NCBI GenBank assembly: GCA_003223025.1
Contig: QHXR01000011.1
Coordinates: 30,053-94,052 of the forward strand
From: Acidobacteriota bacterium
GTDB taxonomy: Bacteria; Acidobacteriota; Blastocatellia; Pyrinomonadales; Pyrinomonadaceae
DNA: 64,000 nt
Direction of reading: 5' to 3'
Part shown: positions 42,462 through 51,125 of the stretch, piece by piece
Layout: every line of letters starts with the position of its first letter
Position numbering within the stretch: the stretch's first letter is position 1
Notes under the pieces: generated by a model
Database searches by the model: none
What the model saw: the letters and a program-made list of their open reading frames with translations, nothing else
Told to the model about the DNA's origin: nothing
Translations under genes and position numbers: made by a program

Positions 42462-43703
42462 ATGACAGAGGCCACTGAGAAAAAATCGAACGGAATCTGG
42501 CGGCGATATCGCGGCCTGTCGCGGACCGTTTTTGCACTCAGCTTCGTCAGTTTTCTCAACGACACATCCAGCGAGATCATCTACCCGCTGCTTCCGGCGT
42601 TCCTTGCACTGAGCCTCGGCGCGAGTCCGTTTGCCATCGGTCTTATCGAAGGGATCGCCGAATCCGTGGCGAGCATTCTCAAACTCTTCTCCGGCTATCT
42701 CAGCGACAAATTTAATAATCGAAAGCTTCCGGTATTCGTCGGATACGCGCTCGCCGCGGTCGTGCGTCCGCTGCTTTCATTCGTCACGAGCTGGCCGCAG
42801 GTTCTCGCCGTTCGAACGACCGATCGCATCGGAAAGGGAATTCGCGGAGCCCCGCGCGACGCGCTCCTTGCCGCGACCGTTCCGGAACAGTCGCGCGGAC
42901 TCGCATTCGGATTCAATCGTGCCGCGGATCATTTTGGCGCTGTCGTCGGACCGGTCGTCGCGTTCCTGCTGCTGACATATCTCGCCGCGGATCCGAATAC
43001 GCCGACGGCCCGCGAGTACCAGCAGGTTTTTCTCTTCGCTTCGATCCCTGTCGTGATCGGATTATTCGTCATCGTATTTTTTGTTCGCGAAGAAAAGAAA
43101 CCGCTGCCCGAGACCGGTGCGGTGCCGATCAAATTCTCGATCGGCGAATTTGATTCGAACTTCAAACGATTCCTCGCAGTGATCGCGCTTTTCACGCTAT
43201 CGAATTCGACCGATGCGTTTTTGCTGTTGCGCGCCGAGCAAACCGGAATTCGACCTGCGATGCTGCCGCTGCTTTGGATGGTGCTGCATTTCAGCAAGGT
43301 TATCAGCTCGATCTACGGAGGGGACATTTCGGACCGGGTCGGTCGAAAGACATTGATCCTCACAGGTTGGGTAATTTACGCGGCCGTGTACGCCGGATTC
43401 GCATTCGCCACGTCGGCTTGGCAGGCGTGGGCTCTGTTTATCGTCTACGGCGTTTATTTCGGTTTTACCGAAGGCGTGGAAAAGGCACTGGTTGCCGATC
43501 TGGTGACCGATGAAAAACGCGGGACGGCATTCGGATTCTACAACCTCGCTTACGGCATCACGGTTTTTCCCGCGTCTCTTATTTTTGGGTTTGTCTGGAC
43601 CACGTTCGGTGCGCCGTCGGCGTTTTTGATGAGTGCCGTGATCTCGGTAATCGCCGCGATTTTCTTATTAACGATCAAACCAGCGCGGCCGATCGGGAAC
43701 TGA
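42462..43703 (+). CDS. MFS transporter
   Basis: 413 aa with about 12 TM helices. MFS loop motif DRIGKGIRGAPRDAL and a second DRVGRK. Confidence 0.85.
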   Translation: MTEATEKKSNGIWRRYRGLSRTVFALSFVSFLNDTSSEIIYPLLPAFLALSLGASPFAIGLIEGIAESVASILKLFSGYLSDKFNNRKLPVFVGYALAAVVRPLLSFVTSWPQVLAVRTTDRIGKGIRGAPRDALLAATVPEQSRGLAFGFNRAADHFGAVVGPVVAFLLLTYLAADPNTPTAREYQQVFLFASIPVVIGLFVIVFFVREEKKPLPETGAVPIKFSIGEFDSNFKRFLAVIALFTLSNSTDAFLLLRAEQTGIRPAMLPLLWMVLHFSKVISSIYGGDISDRVGRKTLILTGWVIYAAVYAGFAFATSAWQAWALFIVYGVYFGFTEGVEKALVADLVTDEKRGTAFGFYNLAYGITVFPASLIFGFVWTTFGAPSAFLMSAVISVIAAIFLLTIKPARPIGN

Positions 43704-43726
43704 TCACAAGGCTGACAAAAAAGTTT

Positions 43727-43795
43727 CCCGCGAAAAACGCGAAAGGAACCGAAAAAAGCTTCTTCTTTTCGCGTCCTTTCGCGTTTTTCGCGGGC
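43727..43795. repeat. palindromic repeat, family C, between convergent genes (possible bidirectional terminator)
   Basis: cccgcgaaaaacgcgaaaggaaccgaaaa ... ttttcgcgtcctttcgcgtttttcgcggg. A 29-nt stretch, tttcgcgtcctttcgcgtttttcgcgggca, is identical to the copy at 53.77 kb. Confidence 0.8.
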
Positions 43796-43831
43796 AGACC
43801 TTCTTAGCGATAAACGGGACCGGCTGGTGCG

Positions 43832-45250
43832 TTAGTCATTCAACCGGATCGAGCTAACCATACTTCTAAATGCAGAGTTGTACCTAAACGCTTCGTCCGA
43901 CGGAGCAACGGTTGCGACGAAGAACAGATCTCCGCTTCGAAGCTGCGCCGTATAGATCGTGACGACTTCGTTTCTGCCGGTCACCGATGAACGTCCGGAA
44001 AGCTGCGTTGCATAACCTGTCCGCCCTGCGACCGTCGCGCGCTGCGATGCTCCGGTCTGGCGCAGGTAAGTGTTCGCCTGAAGCAACTCCCCGACGTAAG
44101 CGCGAGACGCGTCATTCAAGTTCGCACCGTTCGATCTCGCCGCACCGACCATCGCCCCGTGCGTGATCCCTTCGTTGCCGTACGCTCCCTCCGGTGCGAA
44201 CCAGATCTGCGTGCTCGCATTGAAATCCTGCCAATTGTCCGGGATGTCCACGCTCATCGCACTGTTGGAGTAAGTACGCGTCTTTGTCGAAGGTATCTCA
44301 ACGGTCCTCGAATAACGGCCGTTTGCGATCGGGCTCTGCGATTGATTCTGCGACGCACCACCGGTCCGCTGATAATCGCGCTGGATCTCCGCCATCGTCC
44401 GAGCTCGCGGCATCGAGCGGAGACGCTCCTGAATTCTGGAAAACTCACGCGTAACTTTGATAGGGTTCCGCGAGGTCGTGAGCAGTCCCGCTTCACGATT
44501 GATCTTCTCAAAACGATTGCCCGGATCCGGATGACTGCTCATCCACTCCGGAGCTCGTCCCCCCTTGCTTTGCTGTTCGATGGTCCGGAACATGTTTGCA
44601 AGATCGTGCGGATCGTATCCCGCGTTTGCCAGGATCTTTGCCCCGAGAATATCGGCCTGCGTTTCATAATCACGGCTGTACCGCGTCTGTATAACCTGAG
44701 CGCCCATTGCTCCCAACTGAGCTCCGCCTTGCCCGCCAAGGATCGCACCGCCAAGGATCAAACCGATCGTCCCGAGCTGGTTGCCGATGCTGCTCTGCTT
44801 AGTCGCCTGTGCCGTCGCATGACGCAAAGCGACGTGGCTGATCTCATGCGCCATGACGCCGGCCATCTCGCCTTCGTTCTTCGCCGCCTCGATCATCCCG
44901 CGGTTGACGAACATCGGTCCGCCCGGCAGAGCGAATGCGTTGATGTCACTTGCATTGACGACCTCGAATTCATAGTTGAACTCGGGGTGATTGAATTCCG
45001 CCGGGATCGCCGCGACAAGTCGCCGGCCGACTTCCTCAACATATCGTTTTGTCTGGCTGTCATGGAGAATCGGAAACTGCCGCGAAACCTCGGCCGAAGC
45101 CTGGCGACCGAGTTTGATATCGTCCTGTACCTTGTACCGATTTTTCGGCATCGAGATGCGGGTTTGTCCGGCGATGGCCATCGGCATGACGCCGAGCGCC
45201 CAGACCATTGCAAGCGACATCGCGACTCGGGTGTAATTTCGCATTTTCAT
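43832..45250 (-). CDS. M48-family zinc metallopeptidase, secreted
   Basis: 472 aa with a signal peptide and HEISHVALRH (HExxH). The C-terminal half is unassigned. Confidence 0.85.
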   Translation of the reverse strand: MKMRNYTRVAMSLAMVWALGVMPMAIAGQTRISMPKNRYKVQDDIKLGRQASAEVSRQFPILHDSQTKRYVEEVGRRLVAAIPAEFNHPEFNYEFEVVNASDINAFALPGGPMFVNRGMIEAAKNEGEMAGVMAHEISHVALRHATAQATKQSSIGNQLGTIGLILGGAILGGQGGAQLGAMGAQVIQTRYSRDYETQADILGAKILANAGYDPHDLANMFRTIEQQSKGGRAPEWMSSHPDPGNRFEKINREAGLLTTSRNPIKVTREFSRIQERLRSMPRARTMAEIQRDYQRTGGASQNQSQSPIANGRYSRTVEIPSTKTRTYSNSAMSVDIPDNWQDFNASTQIWFAPEGAYGNEGITHGAMVGAARSNGANLNDASRAYVGELLQANTYLRQTGASQRATVAGRTGYATQLSGRSSVTGRNEVVTIYTAQLRSGDLFFVATVAPSDEAFRYNSAFRSMVSSIRLND

Positions 45251-45476
45251 GTTCGTGTCTCCGGGTTCAGATCGATTCTAATTGACGCTCAGGTGGATGG
45301 GCAATCAGAATCTGTGGCTCTGGTCAGATGGAAACGAGGGCAAAACGGTTCGCTTTCATCTATGTAACACCTCCGATTCGTGTTACACCAATGTTAAAGA
45401 AATTGCTGATCCGGCTTTAGGAAAGAGCCCGCACGCGTATAATTTCGCATTGCGGCAAGGTATTAAGATAGAAACT

Positions 45477-46142
45477 ATGACGGGTGACCGGATGACCAGC
45501 CACGGGCTGGATGAACTGCGCGACAAGATACTGTTGCTGGGTGGAGCGACCGAGTCGGCAGTCCATCGTGCGATCGAAGCACTTACCGAACGCGACAGCG
45601 AGCTGGCGAAAAAGGTCCTCGAGCAGGACGCGGTGATCGATCAGATGGAGCTCGAGATCGACGGCCTGAGCATCGATATACTCGCTTCGCTGCAACCGAC
45701 CGAGCACGATCTCCGGTTCATCATTTCGGTCGCGAAGATCACGCCGATCCTCGAACGCATCGCGGATCACGCCGGCAGTATCGCCGAAGCCGCGCTTGTT
45801 TTGAATAACGAGCCGCTTGTGAAAACATTTGTCGAATTCCCTGTGATGGCGATGACAGCGACGGACATGCTGCGGACGGCGCTCGACGCGTTCACATCGG
45901 AAGATGCGGTCCTCTCGCGCGAGATCATCAGACGCGATAAGGAGATCGACGACAATTATCATCGCGTCTTCAGCGAGCTGCTGCAGTTGATGATGTTGAA
46001 TCCGTCGGCGGCGAAGAGTGCGGCGCATCTGCTTTTTGTCGCGAAGCATCTCGAGCGGATCGGCGACTACGTAAAAGATATCTGTGAGTTGAATGTTTAT
46101 CTGGGCGAAGCGGTTTTTATAAAACATAGCCGCTCGGTCTAA
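45477..46142 (+). CDS. phoU: phosphate signalling complex protein PhoU
   Basis: The ATG at 45477 gives 221 aa. The track start at 45282 would add 65 unlikely residues. Two PhoU repeats are present, with E..D...D-type motifs (VIDQMELEID; EIDDNYHRVF). Confidence 0.85.
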   Translation: MTGDRMTSHGLDELRDKILLLGGATESAVHRAIEALTERDSELAKKVLEQDAVIDQMELEIDGLSIDILASLQPTEHDLRFIISVAKITPILERIADHAGSIAEAALVLNNEPLVKTFVEFPVMAMTATDMLRTALDAFTSEDAVLSREIIRRDKEIDDNYHRVFSELLQLMMLNPSAAKSAAHLLFVAKHLERIGDYVKDICELNVYLGEAVFIKHSRSV

Positions 46143-46161
46143 ATTTTTTGGAGAAGAAATT

Positions 46162-46782
46162 ATGGGCTTCAGTTTATTACCGCGAGAAGACGTTTACTTC
46201 GATCTGTTTACGAAAATGGCGGAGAAGATCGAGGAAGCGTCCGCAATTCTGACCGAGATGCTCGAAACGCCGAACGCCGATTTCGCGTCCTTCAAGACTC
46301 GGATAAAAGATGTCGAGCACGCGTGCGACCAACTCACACATCAGATCACGAACAAGCTCAACAAGTCGTTCATCACGCCGTTCGATCGCGAGGACATCTA
46401 CACGCTTGCCGTCGCACTCGACGACATCTGCGACTACATCGACGCCGGCGTCCGGGCGATCGTGATGTATGACATTCAGGAGCAGAATCAACATTCGCGG
46501 CAGCTCGCGCGCATCATCAAGGATCTCGGCGTCCAAATTAACGGCGCGGTTTCGATTTTGAAAAAGCCGACCGGAATCACCGAGCACTTTCGCGAGATCC
46601 ATCGTCTGGAGAACGAGGCGGATGATGTTTACTTCCGCGCTATCGGCGAGCTTTTCAAGAATGAGAAAGATCCGATAGCCGTGATCAAGTGGAAGGAATT
46701 CTACGAGATCCTCGAGAACGCGACGGACCGCTGCGAAAGCGTCGCAAACATCATCGAAAGCATAGTTTTGAAGCACAACTAG
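46162..46782 (+). CDS. DUF47 (PhoU-like, TIGR00153-type) protein associated with Pit transporters
   Basis: 206 aa. MGFSLLPREDVYFDLF is the typical N-terminus of this family. Lies immediately upstream of a PiT-family transporter. Confidence 0.85.
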   Translation: MGFSLLPREDVYFDLFTKMAEKIEEASAILTEMLETPNADFASFKTRIKDVEHACDQLTHQITNKLNKSFITPFDREDIYTLAVALDDICDYIDAGVRAIVMYDIQEQNQHSRQLARIIKDLGVQINGAVSILKKPTGITEHFREIHRLENEADDVYFRAIGELFKNEKDPIAVIKWKEFYEILENATDRCESVANIIESIVLKHN

Positions 46783-46839
46783 AGTGGTCGGTGGTCAGAA
46801 AAGCCACGTCCGACAACTGACAACTGACAACTGACTTCT

Positions 46840-47919
46840 ATGGAAGGACATACAGCTGCATTCAGCCTCGTCGTGCTGATCATCATAGTCGCACTCGCGT
46901 TCGACTACGTGAATGGTTTTCATGATGCGGCGAATTCGATCGCCACGGTCGTTGCGACGCGCGTTCTAAGTCCGGGCGTCGCCGTCGCGTGGGCGGCGTT
47001 CTTCAACTTCATCGCGGTCGTCGTTTTCGGGACGGCGGTTGCGAAGACGGTTGGCGGCGATCTGATCGATATCACGGTTCTGGATGAGAATACGCGGCTC
47101 TACGTCCTGTTGGCGGGTGTCATAGGTGCGATCATTTGGAATTTGATCACGTGGTATCTCGGCTTGCCCACATCGAGTTCCCACGCGCTCGTCGGCGCCT
47201 ATGCAGGCGCCGCGTTGACCGCATACGCCTGGCAGCTTGGCGGCGTAGCTAATGTGTTCTCAGTTCTGAAACCTGAGGGCTGGATCAAAACACTGGCGTT
47301 CATCGTTCTTTCACCACTTATCGGGCTGGCTCTCGGGTTCACCTTGATGGTCGCAGTTTATTGGATCTTCCACCGCGTTTCCGTAAGACGGGTCGATCGC
47401 GGATTCAGGATCGGACAACTATTTTCCGCCGCGGCGTATTCGCTCGGCCACGGTGGTAACGACGCGCAGAAGACGATGGGAATAATCACCATCGCCCTCG
47501 TTGCGGGCGGGTTCATGACGCTTGCTCCGGATGGAAAGCTCCCCGATATCCCGCTCTGGGTCGAGGTCGCAGCATGTGCAGCGATAAGCCTCGGAACATT
47601 GTCCGGCGGTTGGCGCATCGTTAAGACGATGGGCACCAAGATCGTCAAGCTTCAGCCGGTCGGCGGATTTTGCGCCGAGACTGCCGGGGCACTCACTCTC
47701 TTCGGCGCGACATACTTCGGTATTCCGGTTTCGACAACGCATACGATCACCGGTTCGATCGTCGGCGTCGGCTCGGCAAAACGATTCTCAGCCGTGAAAT
47801 GGGGCGTCGCCGGCCGCATCGTCTGGGCGTGGATCCTGACGATCCCGGCCGCTGCCGGAATCGCTGCCGTCTCCTACGCGATCGTTCTAATGATCGAGAA
47901 ACTGACCGGCTTGGCGTGA
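46840..47919 (+). CDS. pitA: inorganic phosphate transporter, PiT family
   Basis: 359 aa. Duplicated signature GFHDAANSIATVV and GGNDAQKTMGII, plus TTHTITGSIVGVG. Confidence 0.9.
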   Translation: MEGHTAAFSLVVLIIIVALAFDYVNGFHDAANSIATVVATRVLSPGVAVAWAAFFNFIAVVVFGTAVAKTVGGDLIDITVLDENTRLYVLLAGVIGAIIWNLITWYLGLPTSSSHALVGAYAGAALTAYAWQLGGVANVFSVLKPEGWIKTLAFIVLSPLIGLALGFTLMVAVYWIFHRVSVRRVDRGFRIGQLFSAAAYSLGHGGNDAQKTMGIITIALVAGGFMTLAPDGKLPDIPLWVEVAACAAISLGTLSGGWRIVKTMGTKIVKLQPVGGFCAETAGALTLFGATYFGIPVSTTHTITGSIVGVGSAKRFSAVKWGVAGRIVWAWILTIPAAAGIAAVSYAIVLMIEKLTGLA

Positions 47920-48014
47920 CTGGACCGCAGGCATCCCTGCCTGCAACGCCGCGGCTTCCACGGCGTCAAACCACGCAGACCTTCAAATTCTCTTTCGCGT
48001 CGAAGCGACGCTCA

Positions 48015-48054
48015 TGCAGGCGGGGACGCCTGCGTTCCAGTCGCATCCGCCGTC
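48015..48054. repeat. family-E repeat copy
   Basis: tgcaggcggggacgcctgcgttccagtcgcatccgccgtc. A related hairpin, gcaggca-tccc-tgcctgc, lies at 47927-47944. Confidence 0.7.
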
Positions 48055-48155
48055 AGCTAAGCTCCAGTCACACTCGCCCCGCTTGCACTCCACTGCTCAA
48101 AGCGCAATCATTTTTGCTTTAAGTTAGGCGCGGTTTTCGCATCTAAGGAGAAGCA

Positions 48156-49268
48156 ATGTCAGTTGTACTCGAACAAGTTCGGCCGCTCGAAGATTTCCTC
48201 GTCATGAGCGATGAGGATCTCGCGACCCAGATAGAAGCCGCACGCGAAGCGCTCGGGCCGCGAGTCGTCATACTCGGTCATCATTACCAGCGCGACGATG
48301 TGATCCGACACGCGGATCTGACCGGCGACTCGTATCAACTCTCGGTGATGGCATCGCAGACGGATGCTGAGTACATCGTCTTCTGCGGCGTACACTTCAT
48401 GGCCGAGTCGGCCGACATTCTCGGAAAACCTGCGCAGCGCGTGATCCTGCCGGATCTCGGAGCCGGCTGTTCGATGGCGGACATGGCGACGATCGAACAA
48501 GTCGAGGATGCGTGGGAGCAGCTACGCGAGATCGGTGTTCTCGAGCAGAAGGTCGCACCGATCACGTACATGAATTCCTCCGCCGCGATCAAAGCTTTCT
48601 GCGGACGCAACGAAGGCGTCGTTTGCACTTCGTCGAATGCGGTACCGCTGTTCGATATTTATTTAAAACAGTTCGACAAGATGTTCTTTTTCCCGGACCA
48701 GCATCTCGGCCGCAACACGGGTGCGAAGTTTGGAATTCCGCTCGATAAGATGGCGCTCTGGAATCCGCACGAAGAGCTCGGTGGAAATACAGAGGAGCAA
48801 CTGCGTGAAGCGAAACTGATCTTATGGCGCGGACACTGTTCGGTGCACGGGCGATTCAAGCCGTGGCATGTCGATAAGGTTCGTGCGGAAATTCCCGGCG
48901 TGCAGGTTCTCGTCCATCCGGAATGTATGCGTGAGGTCGTTGAGATCAGCGACCTTGACGGCTCGACGAGCTTCATCATCAAGACGGTCGAGAACTCACC
49001 AAGCGGATCGAAGTGGGCGATCGGAACCGAAGTAAATCTCGTCAATCGCCTTCAAGAAAGGTTTCCCGATAAAGATATCCGACTCCTCGCACCGGACCTC
49101 TGCATGTGCGCCACGATGTACCGGATCGCTCCGCCGAATCTGGCGTGGGCGATGGACAACCTCGTGAACGGAATCGTTGTAAATGAGATCGTCGTGGATG
49201 ACGAAACGAAACACTTCGCGGGCGTTGCACTCGAGCGGATGATCAGTTTGACGGAGAAGAAAGGATAG
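48156..49268 (+). CDS. nadA: quinolinate synthase NadA
   Basis: 370 aa with AAGGAG RBS. GHHYQRDDV, VHFMAES, the CSMAD-type Cys and HPEC motifs are typical of NadA. Confidence 0.9.
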   Translation: MSVVLEQVRPLEDFLVMSDEDLATQIEAAREALGPRVVILGHHYQRDDVIRHADLTGDSYQLSVMASQTDAEYIVFCGVHFMAESADILGKPAQRVILPDLGAGCSMADMATIEQVEDAWEQLREIGVLEQKVAPITYMNSSAAIKAFCGRNEGVVCTSSNAVPLFDIYLKQFDKMFFFPDQHLGRNTGAKFGIPLDKMALWNPHEELGGNTEEQLREAKLILWRGHCSVHGRFKPWHVDKVRAEIPGVQVLVHPECMREVVEISDLDGSTSFIIKTVENSPSGSKWAIGTEVNLVNRLQERFPDKDIRLLAPDLCMCATMYRIAPPNLAWAMDNLVNGIVVNEIVVDDETKHFAGVALERMISLTEKKG

Positions 49269-49271
49269 GAG

Positions 49272-49350
49272 TTTGCCCGCGAATAAACGCGAATAGCCGC
49301 GAATCAATCGTAGGATTTTATTCGCGAAGATTCGCGTTATTCGCGGGCAA
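49272..49350. repeat. palindromic repeat, family C (divergent copy), directly after nadA
   Basis: tttgcccgcgaataaacgcgaatagccgcgaat ... attcgcgaagattcgcgttattcgcgggcaaa. Confidence 0.8.
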
Positions 49351-49356
49351 AAAATA

Positions 49357-49596
49357 ATGGCATTCGTAAGTGACAAACTTCCGGACAATGTTCCCGGGAA
49401 ATTTTTTGTAGATGGGCAGTGCATCGATTGTGATGTCTGTCGCGATACGTCGCCGGCGAACTTTCGTCGCAACGACGAGAACGGATACTCGTACGTTCAC
49501 AAACGACCGGAATCAGACGAGGAATTCGCTTTGTGTGAAGAGGCGTTCAACGCATGTCCGGTCGAGGCGATCGGCGACGATGCTCACGGTATGTGA
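49357..49596 (+). CDS. small ferredoxin (single-cluster type)
   Basis: 79 aa. CIDCDVC...CP Cys pattern, with ACPVEAI at the C-terminus. Confidence 0.75.
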   Translation: MAFVSDKLPDNVPGKFFVDGQCIDCDVCRDTSPANFRRNDENGYSYVHKRPESDEEFALCEEAFNACPVEAIGDDAHGM

Positions 49597-50060
49597 GACT
49601 CGATAAGTTTCGCGAATCGCAGTGCAGTCGCTTTCCCTGGCAGGGAGATGCGAACGAATGTTTTTCCCTTCTTAAAATTGATCGTGGCGAAATTGTCGGC
49701 ATTCTTACCGGCCCAGATATAGGCCGCGTCTCCGAGATCCGCGATCTTAGTCCCTTTCACGTTTGCGTGCACGTTGTTCTCGATCTCTACGAGACCGTCG
49801 AACGTCTCCTCTGGGTTCGACAAAACCGTGTAAGTAGTGATGTCCACCAGGCCGGTGACCCCGCCCTTGTTCAGGACCAGGCGTTCAGAGAAGGCCGAGA
49901 GGTTTTCAGTGATGCGGCGGTCGCCGATCACGAACGTCGGCTCCTTCTGCTTGATAGCCGTTTCGATGTCGTTTATCCAGGCCGGCTTTCCCTGTCCAAA
50001 CGCGCTAAGAGCGCCGAGATAAAGAATTACGATTGCGAAAATAGATATGCTTCTGATCAT
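49584..50060 (-). CDS. hypothetical secreted protein
   Basis: 158 aa with signal peptide MIRSISIFAIVILYLGALSAFGQ. Its 3' end overlaps the ferredoxin gene by 13 nt (convergent). Confidence 0.5.
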   Translation of the reverse strand: MIRSISIFAIVILYLGALSAFGQGKPAWINDIETAIKQKEPTFVIGDRRITENLSAFSERLVLNKGGVTGLVDITTYTVLSNPEETFDGLVEIENNVHANVKGTKIADLGDAAYIWAGKNADNFATINFKKGKTFVRISLPGKATALRFAKLIESHIP

Positions 50061-50196
50061 GATCGATGTGGCGACCGACGTCGCGATATTCAGGTAATGT
50101 TTGCGAACCGGTCACCTATCCTATCATCATTTACAGCCGATCAATCCGCTTGCTTTATCCCGCTCAGTCCAACAAAATAATCGAAAGGAGATAACG

Positions 50197-50658
50197 ATGA
50201 CAGAGGCCTCTCGAGCGGCACGTACGAAGTGCCGGGAAATAATGACGTCCAATGTCCAGACTGCGACGCGCGACATGTCGCTTAGTCGGGTTGCGGTAAT
50301 GATGCGGGACGGCGATATGGGATCGATGCCGGTTGTCGAGGACGGAAAGCTCGTCGGGATCGTCACGGATCGCGACATCGTCGTGCGCTCGATCGCGGAC
50401 GGCAAGAATGCCGACTCTCCGGTTAGTGAATCGATGACGACCGAGATCTTTTCGGTCAGTCCGGATGATTTCGTTTTCGAAGCCATTCGACTGATGGGCG
50501 ACAAGCAGGTGCGGCGCGTTCCGGTTGTCGACGCCAACGGCGCGCTCGCCGGCATCATCGCGATGGCCGACATCGCTCTCGAGATGGAGGACGAGCGTGA
50601 GATCGCCGAAGCTCTCGAAGAGATCTCGAGCGGCAGCGCATTTTGGAGTAAGAAATAG
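50197..50658 (+). CDS. CBS-domain pair protein
   Basis: ATG at 50197 preceded by AGGAG. 153 aa with two CBS modules (IMTSNVQT..VVEDGKLVGIVTDRDI; VRRVPVVDANGALAGIIAMADI). Confidence 0.8.
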   Translation: MTEASRAARTKCREIMTSNVQTATRDMSLSRVAVMMRDGDMGSMPVVEDGKLVGIVTDRDIVVRSIADGKNADSPVSESMTTEIFSVSPDDFVFEAIRLMGDKQVRRVPVVDANGALAGIIAMADIALEMEDEREIAEALEEISSGSAFWSKK

Positions 50659-50667
50659 CTTTGAGTT

Positions 50668-50698
50668 CCGCCTTTAGGCGGCGGCCGGCTTAAGCCGG
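50668..50698. repeat. two adjacent short hairpins (ccgcc-ttta-ggcgg; perfect palindrome ccggcttaagccgg followed by tac)
   Basis: Read directly. The stem-then-GTAC format resembles family D. Confidence 0.6.
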
Positions 50699-50714
50699 TA
50701 CTCAAAACATTGCA

Positions 50715-51068
50715 ATGGCAAAATCTTTCAACCGTCATTTTAGTTTCCTCGGATCGTCGAAGAAGGTCGAGTCGGGCCGCTTGTGGTATCCGGCGGCCGA
50801 TGTGTATCAGACGGACGATGGCTGGATCGTGAAGGTCGAGCTCGCGGGCGTGTCGGTTGAGGATGTTGAGATAGATATCCAAGGGAACGTTCTCAGCATC
50901 ATAGGTGCACGAAAGGACCGCTCGTGTGCGGTCGGTGTTTCGTTTCATCAGATGGAGATCACGTACAGCAGATTTGAAAAGACGTTGCAGTTTCCCGCGA
51001 CGATCGAAGGTGCGCGGATCGAACATAACTTTGAAGACGGGATTTTGATAATTCGTTTATGGAAGTAG
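50715..51068 (+). CDS. Hsp20 / alpha-crystallin small heat-shock protein
   Basis: 117 aa. PAADVYQTDDGWIVKVELAGV and GILIIRL are typical of the alpha-crystallin domain. Confidence 0.8.
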   Translation: MAKSFNRHFSFLGSSKKVESGRLWYPAADVYQTDDGWIVKVELAGVSVEDVEIDIQGNVLSIIGARKDRSCAVGVSFHQMEITYSRFEKTLQFPATIEGARIEHNFEDGILIIRLWK

Positions 51069-51113
51069 AACAGGCTTTCCAGCCTGTTCAGCCGACAGGC
51101 TAGAAAGCCTGTC
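51068..51113. repeat. two family-D hairpins in tandem (gaacaggct-ttcc-agcctgttc; cgacaggct-agaa-agcctgtcg-tac)
   Basis: Perfect 9-bp stems, located between hsp20 and lon. Confidence 0.8.
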
Positions 51114-51125
51114 GTACATAATTTT

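Noticed and set aside
44159-45367. 402-aa plus-strand ORF.
   Set aside because: It is antisense to the M48 peptidase gene (HEISH motif, signal peptide) and is Arg-rich.
45417-46776. Minus-strand ORFs of 236 aa and 199 aa.
   Set aside because: They are antisense to phoU and the DUF47 gene, both of which carry recognisable family sequences.
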